64,000 nt of DNA from Tubiluchus corallicola (taxonomy: Eukaryota > Animalia > Priapulida), in the NCBI GenBank assembly GCA_030141605.1, contig JAQGDQ010000393.1:124001-188000 (forward strand), given 5' to 3'. Every line of letters begins with the position of its first letter. Within the stretch, counting starts at the first letter, position 1. The translations under genes and the position numbers were made by a program. The notes beneath the pieces were generated by a model. That model did not search any database and was not told the DNA's origin. It saw nothing but the letters and a program-made list of their open reading frames with translations. Shown here piece by piece: positions 1 through 12,317 of this stretch.

Positions 1-240
1 TCGTTAAGCAGTGAGTGTAGGGTGAGGAAGATTCAATACGCGGTAGCAAAACCTGCAAAAGGATGAAAAAAAGAAAAAGAAATAAAGAAAAAACCTGAGT
101 AAAAAAAGAATAGACGAATGATCAACGAATGAGTGTATATAAATAAGCAAATGACTGTAAGACCAAATAGATAACAAATAACAACTAAACGAACGAACAA
201 GAAGCAAAATCCATCACATTCATTCTTTAATCATATGATC

Positions 241-612
241 ACGTTCATTCATTCATTCATTCACTCACTCACTCACTCACTCACTCCTCCCTCCCTCCCT
301 CACTCACTCACTCACTCACTCACTCACTCACTCACTCACTCACTCACTCACTCACTCACTCACTCATTCATTCATTCATTCATTCATTCATTCATTCATT
401 CATTCATTCATTCATTCATTCATTCATTCATTCATTCATTCATTCATTCGTTTGTTCGTTCCTTCACTCGCTTGTTCGTTCATTTATTCGTTGCTTCACT
501 CGCTTGTTCGTTCGTTCATTCGTTCATTCTTTCGTTCGTTCGTTTATTCGTTCATTCATTCCTTTCATTCCCTCACAAATTCATTCGTTCATCCGTTCAT
601 TCAATCGTTCGT
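241..612. repeat. Compound tetranucleotide microsatellite (TCAT)n/(TCAC)n grading into degenerate (TCGT)n
   Basis: Directly visible pure CACT and CATT runs at ~245-448, followed by degenerate TTCG/TTCA units. Explains the spurious HSF/HSLT ORF 235..660. Confidence 0.95.
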
Positions 613-1114
613 TGTTTGATTTTAGAAGTGGATAAGTTTCTGCTTTCTAGAAAGTTCTAGCAACTGAACAGGCAGACTCCAACTGTTGATCTCAAAAGAT
701 GCAGCACAAACGACTATTAATTCTTGAGTTTAAGCCATTCATGCAGCCAAGAAACTGTAAACCAAAAATAAATGTAAATGTAAATAACTGCCGTTATTTG
801 TCAATTTCCAGAACGGATAAAACAAATCTCATCTAGCTGCAGAATTGTTTTCCCCCGGTGACACAGAAATGCGTGAACTATCTAAACACTGCGATAATTA
901 CATTTGCAACAGACTCAGTATGAACAAATTTCAAAGATGCGCCGAAATTTTACTAATATACTTAAGTTCAATACTTAAAGTTCAATCCGAAGTAGTGTTT
1001 TTTTAGTGATATGACAACTAACATTCCTATCATTTTTAAAAGGTCATATTGATGTAATTTCATTTATTTCAACAATTAGTTCTTTGACAGCCGGATTCTG
1101 CTTTCACAAAAGTA

Positions 1115-1244
1115 TAAGCCTTGTGTACCAATGTACCATTGTTAAGCCTTGTGTACCAAAGTACAATGTTAAGCCTTGTGTACCAATGTACAATGTTAAG
1201 CCTTGTGTACCAATATACCAATGTTAAGCCTTGTGTACCAAAGT
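1115..1244. repeat. Minisatellite, 27-28 bp unit TAAGCCTTGTGTACCAATGTAC(C)AATGT, ~5 copies
   Basis: Unit starts at 1115, 1143, 1170, 1197 and 1225 (last copy partial). Confidence 0.9.
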
Positions 1245-2279
1245 GCAGCCAAATATTTCAACATAGTAATAATTTCATTTAAAAATTTTGCTTAAACTTT
1301 TCCATCTATTGTTGATTAACGAAGACACCTATAAGGTATTTAAAACCCGAAAATTTGGGCGCACTATCTCAAGATTTTGATTAAATGGAGAAGTTAATAA
1401 AATACTTATACCAATAAATACTAAATACGTACAGGATGAGGAATTAAATTAGAGGTCAATAAAAAATCAAGTTAAATCAGTTACCACCAAAATAAGAGTT
1501 GCTTACTTCGTATTTCAGAAACTGATTCTCAAAATTGCCTAACAGATGAGAACATGTTGTTACCTGTCAGATCCACGTCGTTGGTTACACCGGTTTTTAC
1601 GATTAATTTTTACAAAAATTGCCCCAAACAACGCGACTGGCAATTCAAGGCGAGGAACTACATTGAAAAGATGCAGAAATTAATAAACGTCCAGAGAAAT
1701 AGAATTCGGGCAAGTAATTTACTAATGATAGAAAGTATCTGTCGATGATCTTTGTGAATTAAGTAAGATTGCATTTTCAGGAAAACTTTTTTGATAAAAA
1801 CTTCCTCAGATAAGAAGCCCGAGGAAAAAACTTGCACTTATAAACTGCTGTTCTACATCTAGGAATGTCAAAGATATGAGAAGAAGCAAAAGCAATGCAC
1901 TACGAACTAATTATTGGCGTTTATGGATCCAGTGAAGAAAAGTCCTGAGAGCATCTTCCACAGAAGTGACTACAAAAAAGGCTAAATATGGTGACGGATG
2001 TTTTGATAAGTAAATAATTTGACCTGAGACGAAACCAGATTGACATTGGAAAGACTGTTGATCTTAAAAGCCTGCGCAATAAAAAAACATCAACACTTGT
2101 GAAATTTCTCTTAGTTTTCAAAAGAGATGGTTCCTGTTCTATTAATCGCTACTAACAGGTACAATGTTCACACTCCCTCTGAATTGAGTATCTAGTTTAG
2201 TCCACAGCTAAACTTTTCTAAGTATGAATTCGTAGACATTACAGATGATTGGTAACAAGCTAATAGAGCGAAAATTTGA

Positions 2280-2411
2280 TTGAATTGCTCTTTCCTTGAC
2301 GGCGTCTCTTTTTGCTAGCATCATTGAATTGCTCTTTCCTTGACGGCGTCTCTTTTTACTAGCATCATTGAATTGCTCTTTGCTTGACGGCGTCTCTTTT
2401 TGCTAGCATCA
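2280..2411. repeat. Tandem triplication of a 44-bp unit
   Basis: TTGAATTGCTCTTTCCTTGACGGCGTCTCTTTTTGCTAGCATCA starts at 2280, 2324 and 2368, with one substitution each in copies 2 and 3. Confidence 0.92.
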
Positions 2412-3135
2412 GCCCTCATGGGGCTTTCCTGGTGTAATGCTAACACTAATGCATCCAATATCTTCTTGACGGAAGAATGTAAAGTGTATTTGGTGTGACG
2501 TGTGAGTCGTAAGGACAAATAAGTTATGCAACTTGTAAATCTCAAAGCTATGAGCAGTGGACTAGATCTCAATCGCCTAAAAATATAAATTGCTACAGGT
2601 TATATCGTCCCTCTTTTTCGTTCTCTTTCTATTTTTCTTTTCCCTTCCCTCTCATTTTCTGTAGTTAATAATAAAGTCCGATTTGAGATTTTAATAAAGA
2701 AAACTGAATACACGTCACTTAGCTCTTTAGTACTGAACAATCTGTACCGTTGTGGTTCGTAAAGATCATTTGTGTTTGTTTTTATTCCGGAAATGTTTTT
2801 ATCCAGACATGATTGTAATTCCTGTCATGTCCTGTGTTATGATAACAACAAGGTTTTTTGTCCACAAACGCGCATGCGCATACTTATTAACGCAGCTATT
2901 GTCGTGTTTCTCGACCAAACACAGCAAATGAAGAAAGATGTTCTGTTTTATCGTTGCTGCTTATTAAAATTAATGGTGCGCGCTTTTCATGCAGCTTGCA
3001 GCCATTCTCAGACATGGTGACAACTTCGACAATAGTCTTGTCATCAATTATAGTGGAAACAACATGTGAAGTGAGCTTGTTGTTTTGGTTTTAATTTAAT
3101 TTTACCGTGGGTTTCTTGAAGAGAAAAAATTTCAA

Positions 3136-3581
3136 TTCTGTTCTATTCTATTGTGTTCTGTTTTATTTTGTTTGGTCAGTTCTGTTCTGCTCTACTCTGC
3201 TCTCTTTCATTCCATCCGCTTTGCACAACTCTACTCTCCTCTGCTCATCTCTGCTTTGCTCTGTTCTGTTCCGTTCTGTTCTGTTCTGTTCTGTTCTGTT
3301 CTATCCTATCCTATCCTATCCTATCCTATCCTATCCTATCCTATCCTATCCTATCCTATCCTATCCTATCCTATCCTATCCTATCCGATCCGATTCGATT
3401 CTATTCTATTCTATTCTATTCTATTCTATTCTATTCTATTCTATTCTATTCTATTCTATTCTATTCTATTCTATTCTATTTTACTCTATTCTATTCTACC
3501 CTATTTATTCTATTCTATTCTATTCTATTCTATTCTATTCTATTCTATTCTATTCTATTCTATTCTATTCTATTCTATTCT
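3136..3581. repeat. Compound pentanucleotide microsatellite (TTCTG)n-(TCCTA)n-(TTCTA)n
   Basis: Directly visible. Explains the three spurious ILSYP/ILFYS ORFs at 3107-3683. Confidence 0.95.
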
Positions 3582-5059
3582 GAAGCGTTAAAACTGTTTT
3601 TGTTGCTCCCATGTCTAGCTAAACAAGCATGCACATTTATTAGGCGTGGCACCGATAATATCTATTCTATGAATTACTGCTAGATATCTTTTTAGACAGT
3701 GATAAACGGAAACAGATCACTTTGCACTGTATGCATGTGAGAATGCATTGTATGTATGTGAGAATGATAGAAGGATTTTCTTTAAGAAAACTGTCTAAGG
3801 AGCTTATTAATCAGCCACGGCTGCGCCACCCATTGAAGGTGAAGTGCGTAATTTTTTCACAACTCCGCAAACGCCTTGACGTCGTTGCCGCAATTCAGCA
3901 GCCTGTCGCCGTGCAACGTCATTCCACCACGTGGCATCCACATGACACTCTTAAGTCCGTGAGTTTTAACCGTCTTAACTGTGAGTTTGGCTTCTGGGGT
4001 TTTAAAGTTTTAACTGACGTCTTTCGTCGGCTGTTGTAAACATGTAAACTTTTTGTACGAATTTTTGTTGTGTTTGCAGGAAATTTTGAACGTTGCTTGC
4101 AACAGTGGAGTAATTTTATACGGTTATAAATTTCCTGTCAGCAAGAAGTTTAGAAGCCTCGATTCGTCACCGACCCGCTGATGAATTTCCGCTTTAAAAT
4201 GTTGTAACTTTTAAGAAAATTTAATTTATTTCCTGTGGAAATTTTGAAATTATAGGCGAAGAAAACTTTGTCGATGTTTGTTTAATTAAATACTCCTCAA
4301 TTATTGTACATGCAGCTGTCACATCCATTTGCAACAGCTAAATAAGAATTGGGGAGAATACCATTAAGTGAAACACAATGAAAGCTCCACATTTGTGAAG
4401 TTTGCACTATGTATGGACGCAGGTAGGCACACATACATACACATCACAAACACTGATTTAGTTGGCGCATTTTGGCAGTAACACAGGCATTCTTATTCCG
4501 CCTATTCGGTGTCAAATGCAATCTTAAATTACAAGTTGTTGATTTCGGTCCATGCATTCTTAGCTAGCCACGAGACGAGAGTTTAAAAATCATTGCTGTG
4601 CCAACAGTAATGGACATTACAACCGATAATTTGTCAAAAATGGGTCATGGCACAAACACGAAGGTCACAATGTATGACAGTCAACACTCACACACATAGT
4701 AAGTAAGAGAAGAAAAGAGTGCAGCCTACGTCTAAAGACACAACAAGTTGTTTGGAAAAAACTTTACGTATTTTGAGAATAAAGATTACGTATATTTAGT
4801 TGTAGACAGTGTGAGTGTCTGAAGCAAAGCCATAGTCATAACTCTTTATGCCTGATCTGATGAAGGTGATGAAAGCCATGATAGCAACTGCCCTTCTTAT
4901 CCACTATGTTGTAGCTTAAAAATTATAAACGGCCATACTTTGTCAAATGCTTTATATCTGAAAAGACACTCCAATTGTGGTTATTTATTGTTTATAGATT
5001 ATTTAAATAATATGGATAATTTATTGGGTGAACGCACGTTAACAAAATTATACGGTCAT

Positions 5060-5560
5060 TAATTGCATATCACAAAAAGCAGACAAAACAAATATAAGTA
5101 CAAAATAAAGAATAAAATGGTACGTAGCACATCACCAAACAAAAAACAAAATAACCAACATCAAACACTGATGTATGTCATAAACCCAACTTCAAATACA
5201 CCTTCAACACTCTAAAATTGATAACAAATTTAATAATCCAATTTTACACGTGCAAAATTCTATAGCTTTCTCCTATTTACAAGACATTTATTTATTAGGT
5301 TGCAAACAATAACAATTGTTAGTATTTCTAGATCTTTGCTCCCTGCCAAAAGCAAACATTTGTCAACATTGTTCATATTAGCAAAATAGGGACATTTGCT
5401 CGAGATTTTAGTGAAGGCTGTCTTTCTCTCAACTTTATATTTATCGCAGTTCATTAAAATATGTTGCATATATTTATAAAAGCTAAATTTGCCTAATATG
5501 AATGCTTGAGTGAGACCTTTCAAAGCCTGGAACACTCGTATAAACATCTCGTCTATGTTT
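5060..5560 (-). mobile_element. Probable decayed 3' end of a non-LTR retrotransposon (CR1/L2/Crack-like ORF2 C-terminus)
   Basis: Minus-strand translation ...MQHILMNCDKYKVERKTAFTKI...LINKCLVNRRKL* resembles the H-x4-C-x2-Y-x3-R end of LINE ORF2 and is followed by a T-rich tail. Recognised by pattern only. Confidence 0.4.
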
Positions 5561-5899
5561 CTTCAACTCTAAATGTCACCAGCTGATTAAAAATGAAGGC
5601 AAACTACATAGAACACAGATCTATTTATTTAAACCGCAGAACTTGTTTCCTTCGCCTTTCACCTTTACGTCTTCGCTCAGTTCTTGCACAAGAGCACCTT
5701 TGGCATTATGAATCGGTACACAAGAAGATATTAACAACTTAAAGGTCTGTTTAAGCTGTGCGACGTGCTGGTCTTGGCTATTTGTCCTGGCGCAGAATTA
5801 CAGAGCTGTTAATTTTTTTGACAAATAAATGCAAAGTAGACCACATAGTCTCCATCCCATCACCTTATTAGGTTTAATATCCGTATTGCTATAGCCAAG

Positions 5900-6601
5900 T
5901 AGGGTTGCAAGATTAAAAAATTAGAAATACGGGTTATTCTTATTAAAGTCTCTCTCTTATTACTTTATACATGCCACACCCAGACCAATATATTAAATAA
6001 AAGTAGAGACATAAGTTAAAAATATAAAGCAAAGATTTTAATGGGTTATGAGTAAAACAAAAGTAAAATCGTTTGAAGATATTTATTTAATACGGATAAC
6101 AGAGAAATAGTGTTATTATTTAATGCAGGCAACAGAGAAACATTATTATTATTTAATAAGTGCTGTATAGATAACTAAAAGAAATTGTGATAAAGTGAAA
6201 TCATTGCAAAATTCTTATTCAACAGAGAAAATAAAACAATGCATAAAGAAAAATAATTTTGAAAATGATTATTTAATACAAACAATATAAAAAATAAACT
6301 AAAAATTTATTTAGGCTGGAGCGCAAAACGGTAGCCATAGCAACTGAACAAGTTGCAAACAGTTTCTTCGCTATATTTGGGTTATTTTCATCAAAAGAAT
6401 ATGAGAAAAGAAAGTATAATTACTTATGAAGTTACTATTAAAAACCGTGAGAAAGTAAAAAAATATATTTTTAATACAAAATTTGAACTAAATACGGTAC
6501 ATTTGGATGTTCCTGAAAGGTCAGTAGGGGACAGGGTTAGGCTTAGAAAAATTATCAAATATGGGACATATCCCGTATGTAAAGGATGTCCGGTAAGCCT
6601 G
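5900..6601. mobile_element. Possible old hAT-like MITE
   Basis: Left end TAGGGTTGCAAGA; the right end reads CAGGCTTACCGGA in reverse complement. Subterminal AAATACGG/CCCGTAT motifs occur at both ends. No TSD is recognisable. Confidence 0.3.
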
Positions 6602-8696
6602 GAATTGCGTACAAATGGAAACAGCGCACTGAAACGGCGCATCTAATTACAATAAAAAAATGCGCTCTGTTAAACTTTGACGTCTGTGATGAAATTAAGC
6701 GACCGTTTTTTATTTCACTGTTTTTATTGCGATTTGTGTTTAATGGGCCTTAGATGTAGTCTCTTGTTTACAAACGACTACATCCATAAAGCTCACTGCA
6801 ATGTAAACAAGCGCTCCGCCTGCATGTGAAAGAAAACCGAATGCGAAAAGTTCCTCAAACAGTTCAGACAACACACGGCGTGTTTGTGTGCTAAATACTT
6901 AAAAAATTGAACGCACAAACTTGGCTTCGCCTTACGTGAAAATTTAATATAATTTGCAGATTTCTCGAGTGAGTCGATTTTTATAGCACTCAAATGGCAG
7001 ACATATCAGACGCGTGTGGTCGTATATACACAGTGTAATGTGATTATGACTGTAATACTGCACTACATACTCTACACAGAAAGGCGTAAAACAATTTCAA
7101 GATTGACTTGATGTACGACTAGCACTTAGGGTACTGACTGTATGCGCCTAAACCTGAAAAACCAAACGTTATTGCTAAGCTTAGCGATGCATATGCATGT
7201 ATATATAGATCTGTTCAAGTATGTCTTTATTCAACAACATATTTCATACGTTGTATAGCCTAGAGTAATGCGCCATATACTTGCTCATACAATTATGGTA
7301 TTACTCTTATAGTATAATTCATGTATATATACATAGTATGCAAAAGTATGTATAATTTTTTTTATAATTTAAAATTGTTGTAGTCATATACGGTCGTCTT
7401 ATAACAAAATATCTAAACAGAGTAGGTTTACATGCGTTGTTTTAGATGTCACGACTATATCTATGGCTACGACACTGTGAGGACAGACAGCAATATTTAA
7501 AATAATAATTATAGCAGTACAGTTACTTTGCAGATGTACCATAATTATCGTGGGCTAAACAGAGTAGGTTTGCATGCACCTTTATAGTTTACTACCATTG
7601 GTTTTATTATGTCTTTATAGATGTATTCAAAATTCAAAATACAAAACCTTCACAATTTCTGCACTACTTTATTACATTTGTGTCCTATATCATAACTATC
7701 TCTATATGCTGTACAACTACAGTATACTATAAAGTTTAATATTAGAATAAGGGCAAAATGTACAGGACTGAATGGTCGCATGTTGTATCTTGATGTAGTA
7801 CTGTTACTATCCATGTGTGCGAAATAAAATGATTCTTATTCGTGTTCGTGTTCTTAGCGACGCAATGATTAAAATACAGTGTTTGCCAATTCAGCGAATT
7901 TTGCTTTTATTTTCATTATCATAGTTTTGCAAACGGAGGTCCAAAATGAGTAATTTTGATAATGCGTTGTTTTAGATGTCACGACTATATCTATGGCCAC
8001 GACACTGTGAGGACAGACAACAATATTTAAAATAATAATTATAGCAGTACAGTTACTTTGCAGATGTACCATAATTATCGTGTGTTAACATTGGTTCTAG
8101 ACTGTTTCTTTTGCTTATGGTCAAGCACATGGTCTCCAGACAGCAGACTGCAACCGCTAGCTGGTTTTGCTTCTGTTCAGCTGCTCCAACGGGTTGCACT
8201 CACGCGAGCAAGAGTTAGGAAGCCGGAAGTGAAGACGATATGATCCGGATTTCAGTCACCGGGAATTCGGGAATTGTTTGTGCACATTTCGAGATGTACT
8301 ATACTGATTAGAAACACGTGGGCTACAGACTTTGCTAGTTGGCCAACCAGCCACTGCAGTTAAGTGAAGCCAGTTAGATTAAGATTTACATTTCAACAAT
8401 AAAAGCCAAAATTAAGCAATCATATTTACTAGAATGCGTTAAAAATTTAAACGATAGACTGAACAGACTGGTAAGTTAAACTATAATTAGTGCAAAGTAT
8501 TTGAAACTTTGCAACTTGCACGTGAAGTTTTCATCTTTCTATCTTTTATTGTTCATGTGAAGAACAGGTACAGTAAAACAATAATAATAAAAAAGTAAAC
8601 AAACACATTGTTACTCTGCCAAAGCTTTAACTGAAATAAAATTCTTCCACGAAATCTTTTATAACTACGTAGTCAGATTTTTTATATGTTACTTAA

Positions 8697-9250
8697 AGGA
8701 AGGCAGGAGGATTTTTCATATACTCCCATTTTTCATACACCTCATATAGCCCATTTTCTAGTCCGATAAAAAGTATACATTTTAACACAATTAATACTGT
8801 AAAAGCGTTTCTGATTAATGACGGGCGAGCCCAACTGTTAATGACAACACAAACTAACGTAATTCAAACTAGCAAAAATATTCTACGAGCGTGTTGCATG
8901 TGTTTGCAAAAGCGAAAATTGAAGTATAGTGCTACTGTAAGATATGCAGTGTGTGGTACTAAAACTAGGCAAATTTTAAGATAAAAATTCAAATTTCAAA
9001 TTTACAACTGTGCTCACGCATGAACTGTCGAACATGTGCATTTCGTCACAAACTAACACATCTGAACTAAGAGGTACAGCACCTGTTTTTGTGCAAAACA
9101 TTTCCGAAATGCAGGCGCTAGTGCCCGTCTAACTAGCGAAAAGCGAAATGCGTGTAACAGCGGAGAACTAGTGGCGCGAACGTGAAATTGTACTTGTGTG
9201 GTAATAATTCTTTCACGTAAGTCATTCTTAAGAAATAGTATGCTTTTGCT
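8697..9250 (+). mobile_element. Non-autonomous TTAA-targeting DNA transposon, family A (Kolobok-like), copy 1
   Basis: TTAA at 8693-8696 and 9251-9254. Starts AGGAAGGCAGG and ends TTTTGCT. The body is colinear with the copies at 16488, 17351 and 54748. Confidence 0.85.
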
Positions 9251-11946
9251 TTAAAGGCTTCTTTGTCCCTTGTTTCTCCCTCCTCTTTTCTTCCTTGTTT
9301 ATTTATTATTGTTCTTTTGTGGAAGTTATTAGTTTCTTAGCATACCCACATGGTACCTATGCAGCAGAGACAAAGCGTATTCAATGATTATGTCTTTGGT
9401 TACTAAATTTCTTACTAAAAGTTACTAAAGTCATTAACTAAATCTGCCTGCAGCACATTTGTCTAGTGCCACCAAACCACAAGTTCTCATCAAAATTCTC
9501 ATCTACGCAAATACAATTTAACGTGTTTTTCATCCAGAAATCATCGTATCTATCACTCTTGATCTACAATAACTGTCAACTAACAATTACAAAATTATTT
9601 TTGAACTATTGCAATTACGACTTCATCAGGGCTGCGTGTGTGTTAGGTCCATTGAGAGACAAGCAACGCGAGGCAAATAGAGTGGTGATTACAAAATTCA
9701 ACCAGCCAAAGTAACTAGAGGTAATTCATTATCAACACAGCGAACGAAATTAGCAATATAGTAGTTTTGAAACTACAAAGTACGTTTTATGCGATTTTAT
9801 ATTTTTACCAATGCTATGCATACTCATGGCGCATTCTGGCAGTGATGCGTTGAAGCCTACCTTCATCTAAACAAGAAGCCCTGGATGACAGACGACAGAA
9901 TGATATTCCGGTGGACATTTTAATACCGCTCAGTTTCATTGTTATTTGTATATTAATATTTTCTGTTAAGCGATTCACTATAAATTCTGCATAAGTTCTT
10001 TATAATTTTACTTTGCAATTTGCACGAGTATCATGCAACAACTTGCCATTATTTTGAAATACTGCTATCATTTTCTAAACACAGGAAGCCAGGTGTTAAG
10101 TGTTACGTTCTATGGTGAATGACTTTGTGTGCGACATGAAAGATGTCCAGAAAACACCGTGCAAACGTCTAAATAACGTTTAAAAAACTATGGCTGCTTT
10201 TGCAAAGAAAACAGTAAAACATTGTGGCAATAAATGTCGGTTTTTGAAATTTCTTGGCGGCCAGCACACCCGGAGCATGTAAACTCAACGAATCCAAGTA
10301 AAAAATTGCAGGAGAAAAGAAATAACCCTAACCCTATTCCTAAGCCTAATCCTATCCCTAAGCCTATTCCTAACCTTAACTCCATCCACTTACCCTAACC
10401 CTAGCCAAAATTAATTGTAAAATTTTCCTGTGACTTTTTCCTGGCCAAAAGTGTGAATTTTTTCTGTTTTTTTCCCTGTGACTTTATTACCGGCTGCCAA
10501 ATTGAGTACCCACTACCTTGCATACCTCGGTTCCCTCGACTTCTAGACCCTCGGCATCCCCAGTAACGACAACATTAGCACACGTAACCCCAGCACTGCG
10601 ACGAAGAATGTGAAAGTATTGTTATTTGAGAACTAATTTAACCTTATGTTCTCTCACTAATGGATTAACTTTCGGACGCTCCTACTTAAAGAATCTCATC
10701 TTTTTCTAATCACAAGGCGAGCACATCCGTGTGTATAGTGAACATTTTATACAGGCTGAAGAGGATTTTCGAAATTGGCTTGCACTTGAGAGTTTTTCTT
10801 TTCGTGGCATTGACAGGAAAATCAATTTTGGGAAATATTATTCAGCGTAGAAAGTGTCTCCACTTGGAAAAGTCCGCAAATTCTTGATAAAAGAAATTGC
10901 TACAGTACAGTCCGCGCACGAGAAGCTAAGCACAGTTTAGACTTTAGCTACAGAGTGAACAGTTTTGAACTCACTGGGCTATTGAGAAAAATCTTTTAGC
11001 AATGCTAGTTATAAAGGTATTTCTATAATATCCAACCCTTGACGAACTATATCTTCATCACTGTACTTCGCATTCAGCAGGAACATACATCCGTTTGGTG
11101 TGAAGCACATAAACTCAGTCTTTCGCTTACAGACAAATGTATAAAAATAAATTACACAAAAACCAGATAATAGTCGTGAAAAAGTCACAGGAGCTGTTGA
11201 CACGAGTCGTACGGACCTACCTATTATCTAAGTGTCCAAAAAGGTTACCTGTAATGGCACTTTAAGATAGTCACAGGATTAATTTTTGACAGGTGTTACA
11301 AATTCAAGATTGTGCAATTTAGTTTGTAAATTTTATACATATAATTATTGAACAACAAAGAAACAATATGTGAAAAAACACAATCATTAGTCATACACTA
11401 ATTTAACTACTTATATATGAGCTAAATAAGGTTATCTTTTACCACGTTTATACAAAAACAAAACACTTTATGCCTAAGACTTTCAATATCAAGTCAATAA
11501 ACTAACAAATAAATTGGCAAATAATGTATAAAAGCAAAACCTAATTAAAAAGGAGTATCTATTTGCTTAACAACCGCTACCTCAAATGATGTACTCCTGG
11601 CTACCACTATGATGATCAACTGGCATTTTCTCACATAATGAAGTTTTAATTTAGTTAATAATTCTAATGCTCATCATACACCATACGGTACTCAAAAGCT
11701 GTTTTTTGAATTCTGCTTTCAATATTCTACTAAATATTGGTTTGTAACATCATTAATAATGACCTTGATATTAAAATTATAAATAATTAATTAATTACTC
11801 ACGGGAAATTTAGGCGCAAAATTAATAAACAATTTAAAAAATTAATCCAATTAGAATCACTCTAGCGTGAGTGATTTAACGTTGGAACCGCTAAACTGAC
11901 CGATCAGCAATTGGGGATGAACTTTGGACCACCATGATCGCTGGAG

Positions 11947-12317
11947 AACACGGCAGTTTAACGATTATGTCTGCCTTCTAAGTAGAAGGATCCCGGTTCG
12001 AAACCAAACAGTGTCAATAATTAATTAATTATCCCAGGAATTTTAGAATCAAAGTTAATCAAAAGTGCTGATTAAACACGGTAGTTTAACGGTTATGTCT
12101 GCCTTCTAAGTAGAAGGACCACGGTTCGAGAACAAAAAGTAGCAATAATTAATTAATTATCTAAAGAAAATTCAGAATCAAAATTAACCAAAAGTGCCAG
12201 ACAAGCTGACCAGATATCACTATAGATGAACTTTGGACTGTCAGCAGGGAACACGGTAGACTAGAGGTTATGGTATCTGTTTTGAAAGCAGAAGGCCCCT
12301 GTTACAAGGCCCTGTTC
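11947..12317 (+). pseudogene. Three tandem tRNA-derived relics (tRNA pseudogene or SINE heads)
   Basis: Copies at ~11947-12015, 12075-12133 and 12249-12317. Each has a 5-bp anticodon-like stem with a 7-nt loop (TCTGC-CTTCTAA-GTAGA twice, TCTGT-TTTGAAA-GCAGA once). The first two keep a B-box GGTTCGA. D arm and T stem are broken. Confidence 0.6.

Noticed and set aside
235-3683. Long low-complexity ORFs 235..660 and 3107..3683
   Set aside because: They are translations of stop-free microsatellites.
4855-4880. Hammerhead candidate CTGATGA...GAAA (also at 10756-10775 and 29644-29665)
   Set aside because: There is no adequate stem II and/or no NUH cleavage triplet with stem I pairing.
11330-11780. 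Possible LINE ORF2 C-terminal remnant on the minus strand
   Set aside because: It is too degenerate to translate convincingly and needs a tblastx search.
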